A stretch of DNA of 64,000 nucleotides from Octopus sinensis. Lineage: Eukaryota. The stretch lies in assembly GCF_006345805.1 (NCBI RefSeq), contig NC_042998.1:50530001-50594000 (forward strand), written 5' to 3'. The position numbers and the translations under genes were made by a program. The notes under the pieces were generated by a model that was not told the origin of the DNA, searched no databases, and worked only from the letters and a program-made list of their open reading frames with translations. This document shows, one piece after another, positions 25,635 through 37,040 of this stretch; position 1 is the first letter of the stretch, and every line of letters starts with the position of its first letter.

Positions 25635-28397
25635 GAGATAAATAAAAATATATGCATACATACAAACATATATGTACGTACCTACATCTACATGTATATA
25701 CATGCATATATAAATAATTATACGGAAGTACAGGACATCACAATAAGACGTAGAAACAGAAAAAGCCAAAAAACAAAAAACAAGAAAACGGAAAACGAAA
25801 ACCAAATACAGGACAGGTTACACAAGGACAAAACCCCCGTCATCAGCTGTCGCTAGAGGAGTCAGGCATGTTTCGAAGGCATAACAGAACACTAATCCAA
25901 TAGGCCTTCCTGCGAGAGAATTAAAATAAAATTTCAAGCAGCGGGGCACAATGAGTACGAACACAAACAAGACGTAACAATAAGACTGCAAAATTAAAAT
26001 ACAAGTACAAAAACAAACACAAGAGGACGAACGAAAAAGCCTTTTTTCTGGCATAGACAAACAATAAAACTGCAAAAATAAAAATACATGTACAAAAAGT
26101 ACAATTAGTTACAAAACGAGAAAATAACAAGAATACTATACAGGAAATTAACCACACAAGGGGACGAACGAAGAAGCCTTTTTGCTGGCAAGGACGAAAG
26201 TGTAGTAGCAGCGCGTGGAGGCAGTCTTTTCAATAGTGGTAACCACGTGTAAAGGAATTTTGTTTTATAGGCAAGGAAGAGGGAAGGAGGAGGGGGACAC
26301 GCGGCGAAGAGAGAGGAGGAGGGGGAGGGAGAAAGATTGAAGAGGTTAAAGCAAAGGGAGAGAGTACCGCATCTTCAATATAATAATATTAATATAAAAA
26401 AAAGGGGACCAAGAAGTGGATCGAAACGATGAATCGGAACGAACCTGATGCGGGGCGCTGTCAGACAATAAGGAGATAAATAAAAATATATGCATACATA
26501 CAAACATATATGTACGTACCTACATCTACATGTATATATACATGCATATATAAATAATTATACGGAAGTACAGGACATCACAATAAGACGTAGAAACAGA
26601 AAAAGCCAAAAAACAAAAAACAAGAAAACGGAAAACGAAAACCAAATACAGGACAGGTTACACAAGGACAAAACCCCCGTCATCAGCTGTCGCTAGAGGA
26701 GTCAGGCATGTTTCGAAGGCATAACAGAACACTAATCCAATAGGCCTTCCTGCGAGAGAATTAAAATAAAATTTCAAGCAGCGGGGCACAATGAGTACGA
26801 ACACAAACAAGACGTAACAATAAGACTGCAAAATTAAAATACAAGTACAAAAACAAACACAAGAGGACGAACGAAAAAGCCTTTTTTCTGGCATAGACAA
26901 ACAATAAAACTGCAAAAATAAAAATACATGTACAAAAAGTACAATTAGTTACAAAACGAGAAAATAACAAGAATACTATACAGGAAATTAACCACACAAG
27001 GGGACGAACGAAGAAGCCTTTTTGCTGGCAAGGACGAAAGTGTAGTAGCAGCGCGTGGAGGCAGTCTTTTCAATAGTGGTAACCACGTGTAAAGGAATTT
27101 TGTTTTATAGGCAAGGAAGAGGGAAGGAGGAGGGGACACGCGGCGAAGAGAGAGGAGGAGGGGGAGGGAGAAAGATTGAAGAGGTTAAAGCAAAGGGAGA
27201 GAGTACCGCATCTTCAATATAATAATATAATATAAAAAAAAGGGGACCAAGAAGTGGATCGAAACGATGAATCGGAACGAACCTGATGCGGGGCGCTGTC
27301 AGACAATAAGGAGATAAATAAAAATATATGCATACATACAAACATATATGTACGTACCTACATCTACATGTATATATACATGCATATATAAATAATTATA
27401 CGGAAGTACAGGACATCACAATAAGACGTAGAAACAGAAAAAGCCAAAAAACAAAAAACAAGAAAACGGAAAACGAAAACCAAATACAGGACAGGTTACA
27501 CAAGGACAAAACCCCCGTCATCAGCTGTCGCTAGAGGAGTCAGGCATGTTTCGAAGGCATAACAGAACACTAATCCAATAGGCCTTCCTGCGAGAGAATT
27601 AAAATAAAATTTCAAGCAGCGGGGCACAATGAGTACGAACACAAACAAGACGTAACAATAAGACTGCAAAATTAAAATACAAGTACAAAAACAAACACAA
27701 GAGGACGAACGAAAAAGCCTTTTTTCTGGCATAGACAAACAATAAAACTGCAAAAATAAAAATACATGTACAAAAAGTACAATTAGTTACAAAACGAGAA
27801 AATAACAAGAATACTATACAGGAAATTAACCACACAAGGGGACGAACGAAGAAGCCTTTTTGCTGGCAAGGACGAAAGTGTAGTAGCAGCGCGTGGAGGC
27901 AGTCTTTTCAATAGTGGTAACCACGTGTAAAGGAATTTTGTTTTATAGGCAAGGAAGAGGGAAGGAGGAGGGGGACACGCGGCGAAGAGAGAGAGGAGGA
28001 GGGGGAGGGAGAAAGATTGAAGAGGTTAAAGCAAAGGGAGAGAGTACCGCATCTTCAATATAATAATATAATATAAAAAAAAAGGGGACCAAGAAGTGGA
28101 TCGAAACGATGAATCGGAACGAACCTGATGCGGGGCGCTGTCAGACAATAAGGAGATAAATAAAAATATATGCATACATACAAACATATATGTACGTACC
28201 TACATCTACATGTATATATACATGCATATATAAATAATTATACGGAAGTACAGGACATCACAATAAGACGTAGAAACAGAAAAAGCCAAAAAACAAAAAA
28301 CAAGAAAACGGAAAACGAAAACCAAATACAGGACAGGTTACACAAGGACAAAACCCCCGTCATCAGCTGTCGCTAGAGGAGTCAGGCATGTTTCGAA

Positions 28398-28401
<4 letters not shown>
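25635..28401. repeat. Head-to-tail tandem array, ~840 bp unit, ~3.3 copies
   Basis: Identical track ORFs recur at 25818/26658/27496/28338 (spacings 840, 838, 842). The units differ mainly in homopolymer or microsatellite length, and (TA)n bounds both ends. Confidence 0.95.
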
Positions 28402-28484
<83 letters not shown>

Positions 28485-28612
28485 TTTAACACATATAACC
28501 ACACACTTATCTATATATATATATATACACACAAACACACACATATGTATAATGATACTTGTGTCGTACGTATGTATGTAGGGGAGTATGTATGTAGGTT
28601 TTAAGAAATATT

Positions 28613-28647
<35 letters not shown>

Positions 28648-28837
28648 CTTTCTTTCTCGCTTTCCCTCTCACCCGCTTTCCTCTTCTCTCTCCCGTTCTC
28701 TTTCATATTTTCAGCATGGAAGTCTGTCTATCTGTCTCTCACTCTCCCTCCCCCTCTCTCTCCCTCTCTTTACTTTCTCTCTCTCTCTTCCCCCTTTCTC
28801 CCTCACACACACAGACGCGCGCACACACACACACACA

Positions 28838-28868
<31 letters not shown>

Positions 28869-29003
28869 CATACACATCAAAACTAAGAAGAAAATGTCTT
28901 CCCATTGTGTGGAAACAAAAGTTCATTTTTGGAATTTTAGACACCATAGATTAGTTAGTTAAGTATATGTATATGTATGCGTCAATGTACGTATATATAT
29001 ATA

Positions 29004-29260
29004 TATCTATACAATATGTTACATTACTCGGTAGTCAAGATAAAACTCTGAGTTTCAGATGCCGAAGTGGAAATCCACAACACCAGCTAATAGCCAGATA
29101 ACCGAAGAGATGGTGTTGTGGATTTCCACTTCGGCATCTGAAACTCAGAGTTTTATCTTGACTACCGAGTAATGTAACATATTGTATAGATAAATTTCCT
29201 CTATTTACATAATATTGAGGTCTCTTTCTTTCTTTTGTTATCTTACCGTTTTATCAATAT
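29004..29260. mobile_element. Penelope-like fold-back cassette
   Basis: Arms 29004-29085 and 29111-29192; (TA)n on both sides. Confidence 0.7.
29096..29158 (+). ncRNA. HHR-like motif, type I, variant core CCGAAGA
   Basis: agataa CCGAAGA gatg..gtgg attt ccac..catc t GAAA ctc a gag T T ttatct. Confidence 0.5.
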
Positions 29261-29268
29261 AAATATAT

Positions 29269-29300
<32 letters not shown>

Positions 29301-29304
29301 CATA

Positions 29305-29530
29305 CTTTTATTCTTTTACTTGTTTCAGTCAGTTGACTGCGACCATGCTGGAGTACCATCTTAAAGGGTTTAATCGAAGAAATCGACCCCAGGACTTATT
29401 CTTTCTAAGCCTAGTAATTATTTTATGGGTCTCTTTTGCCGAACGGCAATGTTACGCAAACATAAACACACGAGCATCGGTTGTGAAGCGATGGCGAGCG
29501 GATAAACACAGACACACAGACACATACACA
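29305..29530 (-). mobile_element. SINE family B, 3' half
   Basis: cttttacttgtttcagtcagttgactgcgaccatgctggag. Confidence 0.8.
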
Positions 29531-29622
29531 GACGCACACACACACACACACACAGACGAACACACGCACACACTCACACACACGCACGCACACACGCACG
29601 CACACACACACACACATATACA

Positions 29623-30469
29623 CAGGGTGGGTGAAAGGTAAGTAGGTATTAAACATTGGTAATAAAATCCGTATTCCTTTTACAAATTTATTACGACATA
29701 TTATACATGTTCTTTATTACATGGGAAAATGTAAATAAGTCTTCATATTTCAACGATCAGGGATGGAATGAACAACCTTCTGAAGGACGTCGTCTGGGAT
29801 ATCATTGAATCCGTGTCTCCAAGTCCTCCAGTGTGCGAGGTTATGTCTTGTGTAACCCCATAGGTAAAAAATCACATGGAATGAGATCTAGACTTCTTGA
29901 AGTTCTGGAATTCTGGAATTCTGGAATTCTGCGTTCACAGTCTTCGAGTTTTAGCTCCTGCATGTAATGGGGTTTCCACGGACAAAAATTCAATTCTTTA
30001 TACAACACCGTACGTATTGTGTGTCTTGTCAATCCACTTTCACGAGCTGCTTGACGCGTTGATTTTTGCGGGCTGCGATTAAGCATTTCCTGCACTGTTG
30101 CTGCGTTCTCCGCTGATCGGGATGTGGTTGGACGGCCACTTAATTTTGCATCGTTCACAGAGCCCGTGGTTATCAGCTTTGCATGACAACTTTTTATTGT
30201 CTCCGGACGTATTGTTGCATGTTTACCTTTCCATGCACACCACCATCTCTGAACCAAAGCAATGGAATTCCAAACATCATTGCATGCTACTATCTTACCT
30301 CGCTCCTGAACAGTCAAGCGGTCGGCCATCTGGAAAATAAGAAAGAAGAAATAAGACAATAAGAAAATAAAAAATCCCCATTAGTGTTTAAAAAATGTTT
30401 CGTCATGACTTCATGGATACTAAAAATTCTATAATCAATTCTAATTCTAATTACTATCCACCCACTCTG
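29623..30469 (-). mobile_element. Internally deleted Tc1/mariner transposon
   Basis: HTH-type N-terminus (..SGRPTTSRS..RSPQKSTRQAARESG..KPHYMQEL) joined to DLIPCDF (SPDLxPxDF remnant). Imperfect TIRs: cagggtgggtgaaaggtaagtag at the left end, and cagagtgggtggatagtaattag read on the - strand at the right end. Confidence 0.85.
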
Positions 30470-30479
30470 CTTCTTACAA

Positions 30480-31430
30480 AGCATTTGTACTCAACATTAG
30501 CCTGGACAAGACTGTTGTAATGTTCCAGCCTGTACCAGGAAATCCATATGTGGAATCAGCTATCTTGGAGGAAGGAACAATTGTCTACCTGGGCAATGCA
30601 CTCGAAGTATCTTTCAGGCTGCAAAGAGCAACTGATTCCTTCCGGTCTCTTGAGTCTCGTTTCTAGTCCCAGCATGGCAAACAAAAATCGCTGTGTACTG
30701 TGCATGTGCTCTGACATCGCTCCTTAACTCATGTGAGATATGGACCCTTTACAGACGTCATGTAAAGGTTCTTTAACGCTTTTATCATATATGTCTGAGA
30801 CTCATTCTGAACGTTGGCTAGACTTTAAAAACTCCAGACACATAGGTCCCGAGGAAAGCTGATATCTTGAGTATTAAGGCGATGGTGCACAACGGTTACG
30901 TTGGACTGGACACATTAGAATGAAGGAAGCAGGACCCCAAAACAGATGCTATATGGGGAACATGTTAGTGGAAAGCGACCCCGGCAGAAACCAAGGCTGC
31001 GATTGGTTTCTGCCGGGGTCGCTTGCCACTAACAAGTTCCCCATATAGCATCTGTTTTGGGGGTCCTGCTTCCTTCATTCTAATGTGTCCAGTCCAACGT
31101 AACCGTTGTGCACCATCGCCTCAATACTCAAGATATCAGCTTTCCTCAGGACCTATTCAATTCTTTAAGGAGGAGTCGACACCTTTGAGAGAGCACATAT
31201 TCTGCATGAAAAATTTAAGCGTGCTGTTCGAAAGCGCACTTCTAGTGTACTGAATGGGGAAAGCTTGGTTTTCAGTGTTTGCAGTAGTATATGCTTGTCA
31301 AGAGCAGGACTCATTAGCCACCAACGGAGCCGCAAATGCAAATTATAAGTTAGTTCTATAGCGGACAATGCTCCGAAAGATCAGCAATGGTTTTCCTCGG
31401 TCACAAGTGGACGGCCATCATCATATGTAT
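30480..31430 (+). mobile_element. 5'-truncated RTE (BovB-like) LINE 3' end with an internal inverted duplication
   Basis: SCEIWTLYRRH, QRLRWTGHIRM, PKQMLYGE..GKRPRQKPRLR, terminal VCSSICLSRAGLISHQR zinc finger and a short UTR ending ggccatcatcata. Confidence 0.85.
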
Positions 31431-31580
31431 ATACGACGGTGTTCTTTCAGTTTCTGTTAACTAAATCCACTAACAAGGGTTTTATTGGCCCGCGGATACA
31501 ATATAGGACACTTGCCCAAGATACCACGCAATGGGATTGAACCCAGAACCATGTGGTTGGGAAGCAAGCTTCTTACCACA
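31430..31580 (-). mobile_element. SINE family B, 5' half
   Basis: cacttgcccaag..gggattgaacccagaaccatgtggttgggaagcaagcttcttaccaca. Confidence 0.75.
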
Positions 31581-31597
31581 CACACACACACACGCGC

Positions 31598-31639
<42 letters not shown>

Positions 31640-31640
<1 letters not shown>

Positions 31641-31838
31641 TACGGAGATGTACTTGCATAGCAAGTGACCTGATCTGAGATCGAGTGCTGAAACAAAACC
31701 AATTCCAGCGTGGTAGGTGTTTATATGCCATTTAAAAACACACAAAAACCATTAGATTCACTTCAACATTTAAATTTAATTTGCCAAAATATTTTCATCA
31801 CTTTGAGACCGCGACCTTTTCACTGACAAAATTCCGTG

Positions 31839-31842
<4 letters not shown>
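31640..31842 (-). mobile_element. Penelope-like tail, same family as 50365-50723, degenerate HHR at 31780-31830
   Basis: The - strand reads tttgtca GTGAAAA g gtcgc..gtgat GAAA atat TT tggcaaa; flanked by (TA)n. Confidence 0.7.
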
Positions 31843-31874
<32 letters not shown>

Positions 31875-32689
31875 TGTGTATATGTATGTATGCGTGCATG
31901 TATGTATATGTATATGTATGTATGCATTTGTATAGTTATTTGTATGTATTTGAAATTTCTTCAGAGTAAACATTCTGAATATTTTACATTAATGCTTCCA
32001 ACTTATGTTTTGCGGATTAATTGTTCCTTGCGGAGTTTGTTAAACACTGCAACTGAAAATTTTTGATATTTAAATAATTCATCTTGTTACTGTTGCTGTT
32101 TTCGTTTAGCCCTGTTTCAAAGGAGATCAAGCAGACGACTCTGTAACCACAAACATGACATCCTTTTTTAACCCATGGTGAGATGGCAGCATTATCAGTG
32201 TGTTAGGCAAAATGCTTTATTCTTCTCTTCTATTCTTCTACTGATTTCAGCCAGACGCTGGAGCCATGCTGGAGCTCTGTTTTTCAGTGTTTTCGAGTCT
32301 CCTTTCAGTACTGTTTTTGTTGAAGAAGCGCGTTGGACGAAGCTGCTTTTGGTAATATTTTTTCCGGCTCTTAAGGTTCTGAGTTCAAATTTTGTAACTG
32401 AACTTTATACTGAGTTCTCCAGCATCTCCTCCATAAGTTCCCATAAGAAGCAACCGCTATTAGACTTTCTGGTCGGATTTCCAAGCGAGACCAACTGAGC
32501 ATGTGGATATTATCCAACGATCTCGTGTTTGGTCCAGCTCGAGGTCTCCCGCAGCTTGGTTTGGCTTGGCTTGGCTTGGCTAGAAGAATCTGTATTGCAA
32601 TACTTTCTACGACTCGACCCGAAGAGAAACCGTAATCTCCGAGTTACAACAATTCTCTCCGTTGCTTCAGAACTGAAAACCACACACAG

Positions 32690-32721
<32 letters not shown>

Positions 32722-33131
32722 ACACACATACACACACACACAAACACACACACACATAAATACACACATACATATATATATAAATATATATATATATATG
32801 AATATAATCAAAAGGGTAATAATATAGATTATTATTACCAGTGGCCCAGCACAAAGGACGAATTAGTCATTAGACAAAATATTATTCATATAGAAAACTA
32901 TTATTCATGTAGAAATATAATTAAGGGCTCCTAAATAAGGATGTTTTGCTAGAAAGAGGTGGAAACTGATATCAGTCCGGGATGTATCGTTATTGGTAAA
33001 TGTTTTTGATTTTCACTCTCGATAAATTTATCCCTTTTTGTGTCCCTAGCACTTGGCATCCTTATTTAGGAGCCCTTAATTATATATATATATATATATA
33101 CATATAGATAGATAGATACATAGATACATAG

Positions 33132-33186
<55 letters not shown>

Positions 33187-33760
33187 CGGTAGAAATAAAA
33201 CTCACCAAAACACCCACAGTTGTAGCATATGACAGAAGACCTAAAACAGAAAGAAGAATCGAGCTGGCAAGTATCCATCGACCCACAAACCACAAACAAG
33301 CATTAAAACAAGGTACAAAGAAATTGGCAGCATCATTATCTCCGCCACACCCCTTGTAAAGATTTAATAACTTCATGAATCATACAAACACTCAAAGCAC
33401 CACTGCAGCAGAATCTTTTATCAAAAAAATTTTTTTTTTTCTAAAATAAGTCACCAAAAAACCGCACAATGAAGGCATAATAAAACAAAAAAACAAAAAG
33501 CAAAAAAAAAACAAGGTATACGCCTTCGATCGAGGCATTGACTCCTTCCTTCCCCAAAACTGCAGTTTTGTTGAATACTCATGCTGTTAAAAAAAAAAAA
33601 GGAAAACGAATTAACTTAAACCTCTATCGACCTGCATCCATTGAAATTATTTATAGATTGCTTCAGAGATTTTTACAGATATTAACTATTAATGTGAAAA
33701 CTGTAATTATCTGCAGTCCGCCTCTCTAAATTTCTCTCTCTTCAATCACGACTTTCATTG

Positions 33761-33827
<67 letters not shown>

Positions 33828-33902
33828 GTCTGTCTATCTATCTATATGTCTGTCTGTCTGTTTATCTATCTATCTATCTATCTATTATATCTACTATCTA
33901 TC

Positions 33903-33937
<35 letters not shown>

Positions 33938-33944
33938 ATATATA

Positions 33945-34612
33945 GAAATTTTGCAATTAAGGACAACTACTTAATAGGAAAATTATATATTTTTAATGTC
34001 TTACTTTGAAAAATTGCATTCGGTGGGATTAGTAATATTTTTGGTAGAAATGACTGATTGTCCCTCTTAGCGTTGGCAGGTATATATAATGCCTCCTGGC
34101 ATGTATGTATAATTATGCCCTCTATATATAAATTAATATGTTCAATAAGAAATAATTATTTTCGAAATTTTTTCTCTTATGAGGTTTTTACGCTATCTAC
34201 CTGACAATTTCTTGTTAATTTCCTTATTAAGTAGTTGTCCTTAATTGCAAAATTTTTATTCCGAAAAAACTTTTCCTCTCCCGAAATGCGATTTTGTAAA
34301 AGTTGCCATTCACGGATGTATATATATATAAACTCACCCATGTGCTTCGTTGATGTGATCAGTTAGCTGTTCGGCTTAAGCGAGGCAAGGTCGTTGTTTA
34401 TTTATAATACATTCAGGCCTGCTGATGATTACGTAAGTATGAAATCACTGTGATACAGGCCTATATATTTTTAAATGTCTTACTTTGAAAAATTGCATTC
34501 GGTGGGATTAGTAATATTTTTGGTAGAAATGACTGATTGTCCCTCTTAGCGTTGGCAGGTATATATAATGCCTCCTGGCATGTATGTATAATTATGCCCT
34601 CTATATATAATA
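33945..34612 (+). mobile_element. Penelope-like cassette with direct repeat plus inversion
   Basis: ~33986-34130 is repeated directly at ~34463-34610, and 33946-33985 is inverted at ~34216-34255. (TA)n flanks. Confidence 0.7.
34415..34462 (+). ncRNA. Minimal type I hammerhead ribozyme
   Basis: aggcctg CTGATGA t tac gtaa gta t GAAA tcac t gtga T A caggcct; 7-bp stem I. Confidence 0.75.
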
Positions 34613-34651
34613 TATATATAATATATATATATATAATATATATATATATAT

Positions 34652-35395
34652 ATGCAATAAAAATGGTAAATAATTTTCCTGTGGTTTTTCATGTAACCAA
34701 CAATTATTTACCGGTAAACTTCGGTATGTAAATACGACAAATTAATTGTCAGGACCTTTGTAAGGTTCAGTATATAGTAAAGAAAGAAAATAAGGTGGCT
34801 AGTAGTAGGCTGTTTCACCTCATACCGAAGGAATTAGAAATGGCAGTCAAAGACCGTTTTTTCCATTTCTATAAGTGGAGATTCCAAAAACGAAGGCCCT
34901 TACGGCTCACATACACAAAATCGGAGTGGCAAATATACGAAGGCAGTCACTTACCGTTAATAGCGAACACCGTGTTTCTGGATCACAAACATATAAAAAA
35001 AAGGGAGTTTGAATTCCGTCGTCAGCGCTATATTCGATAACTTTACCAAATGCCACCAGCCCTCACTTCTGACCCAGCGACATCAGATAGTGGGGGGAAG
35101 TGCGCAGATGTTAAAACCAAGTAACGACTGGGAACGTAAATTTTCCCTCCAAAATTCTGCCATGCGCGCCTTCTGGGTAATCGTAATGGAATGAGGAATC
35201 CACATGGTAATGCAATAAAAATGGTAAATAATTTTCCTGTGGTTTTTCATGTAACCAACAATTATTTACCGGTAAACTTCGGTATGTAAATACGACAGAA
35301 ATGGAAAAAACGGTCTTTGACTGCCATTTCTAATTCCTTCGGTATGAGGTGAAACAGCCTACTGCTAGCCACCTTATTTTCTTTCTTTACTATAT
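34652..35395 (-). mobile_element. Penelope-like cassette with direct repeat plus inversion
   Basis: ~34654-34738 is repeated at ~35211-35297, and ~34772-34870 is inverted at ~35298-35395. (TA)n flanks. Confidence 0.7.
34960..35031 (-). ncRNA. Type I hammerhead ribozyme
   Basis: atagcg CTGACGA c gga..caaac..gtttg..tcc a GAAA cac g gtg T T cgctat. Confidence 0.7.
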
Positions 35396-35442
35396 ATATA
35401 TATATATATTATATAATATAATATATATATATATATATATGC

Positions 35443-35474
<32 letters not shown>

Positions 35475-35495
35475 TATATATATATGCATACATAA

Positions 35496-35548
<53 letters not shown>

Positions 35549-35999
35549 TTAATACTCTTGTTTCTACGCTCTCTCTCTCTCTCTATCTATCTATCTACCT
35601 ATCTATCGCTATCTCTCTCTCTTACTCTTTCTCTCTCTCTTACTCTCTCTCTCTCTCTTACTCTCTCTCTCTCTGACTGTCTGTCTTAGTTGTTTGTTGC
35701 TGTAAGTTGTTTAAGATACTGTTGATGCGTTACCGTTTTGCTCTAACCCATCACGTATCTGCCTTGTCTAATGTGCCTCGTATGTTGTATATGGCAGTTC
35801 GAGTGAGTTCGCAAAAGGATTGGAGATAGAAAGAGATACAGGCACATCAAGCGAACGGGTTTATTTCCATTTCCTGGTGAGTTCAGCAATGCCTTTAACG
35901 GAGTTCTTTCTGATGCATACATTCCAGCTGGACTCGCGACAGGGAATAATCCAAATTGTGATTTCTTAAATTACCAGCACTCTACGATTCCTAGGATAC

Positions 36000-36800
36000 C
36001 AAAAGATAACACAGAACTTGCTTGAGATTTATCTGTCATCTTCTCTAATATCTATAGACTCGATATAACCAACATCCAACTTATAGCCTTCTTATATACA
36101 CCATTATTAGACAGGAAAAGCAAACCTGGGCAAAGTTGTCATAACATATGTTAACATATGAATTCAGTGCATGGTACACAGAACATTAAAAGGCGTTACA
36201 AAGGACGGTACCTCAAACCCTCTTGATCTCTTTTTCACCTCCTAACCATCAAATTGTCCGACAATTGCCTTATCGTTATTACTCACAATACATCTATACA
36301 GTATATAACGCAGGCCTGCAGTAAGCTCCAATGAAACTTCAACTCAACTGACCGATCGGTGCATCACCGATAGCTGACATGTTTCACCTTTGATGCACAG
36401 GTGAGACGTAGGGGGTCTTACTGAAATCGTCCCATTAGGAAGCTCCCTCCATATACCACATAATCAAAAGCCAAAATTGTAAATTTTCCCATGTGTCCAT
36501 CACCCTAAGAGTAGAGTGTATCACTAATAATGCACAGCCAGACCCCTTCGTCCAGAACCTCAATATTCTGGAATTCACTTCTGCAGCTATTAGAGTGCCG
36601 ATATTGAAAGGGGAACATTAAATTCATTAATCTCACCGATTGCAGAGCCCCTGCGAATGCAATAAACAGAGCCCCATCTTCCTTCCTGAAAAAGCCAATG
36701 GAAACAAAACACATACCAGGAACTTAAGAATATCCCCAAAATTCAAAAGTCTTGGGCCTCGACAAAATTACAGACAGGAACTTAAAGGAATTATTGCTCT
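36000..36800 (+). mobile_element. Possible heavily decayed LINE RT remnant
   Basis: Only faint motif echoes, e.g. an LNILGIHF-like stretch near 36555 that needs an indel; many stops. Confidence 0.25.
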
Positions 36801-36829
36801 TCCCTAAATATTGAGCTACTCATACTTTC

Positions 36830-37040
36830 TACTATAGACACAAGGCCTGAAATTTTATGTGAAGGGGCTACTTAATTAAATCGCCCCTAGTATTCAACTG
36901 GTACTTATTTTATCAACCCCACAGGGATGAAAGTAAAGTCGACCTCGGTGGAATTTGAATTCACAACATAAAGACGGACGAAATGCCGTTAAGCATGTTC
37001 ACCGTCGTGCTAACGATTTTGCCAGTTCGCCACCTTATTG
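36830..37040 (-). mobile_element. SINE family A (A2 tail)
   Basis: Reverse complement of the family A head and core. Confidence 0.7.

Noticed and set aside
25830-25925. Hammerhead in the array unit and in 51700-51800 (CTGATGA and ccttc-GAAAC both present on one strand)
   Set aside because: The motifs are in permuted order, and the intervening sequence does not form stem III-UH-stem I convincingly in both subfamilies.
25635-28401. CRISPR-like or protein-coding interpretation of the array
   Set aside because: Units are ~840 bp with no unique spacers, no cas genes are present, and the repeated ORFs are low complexity.
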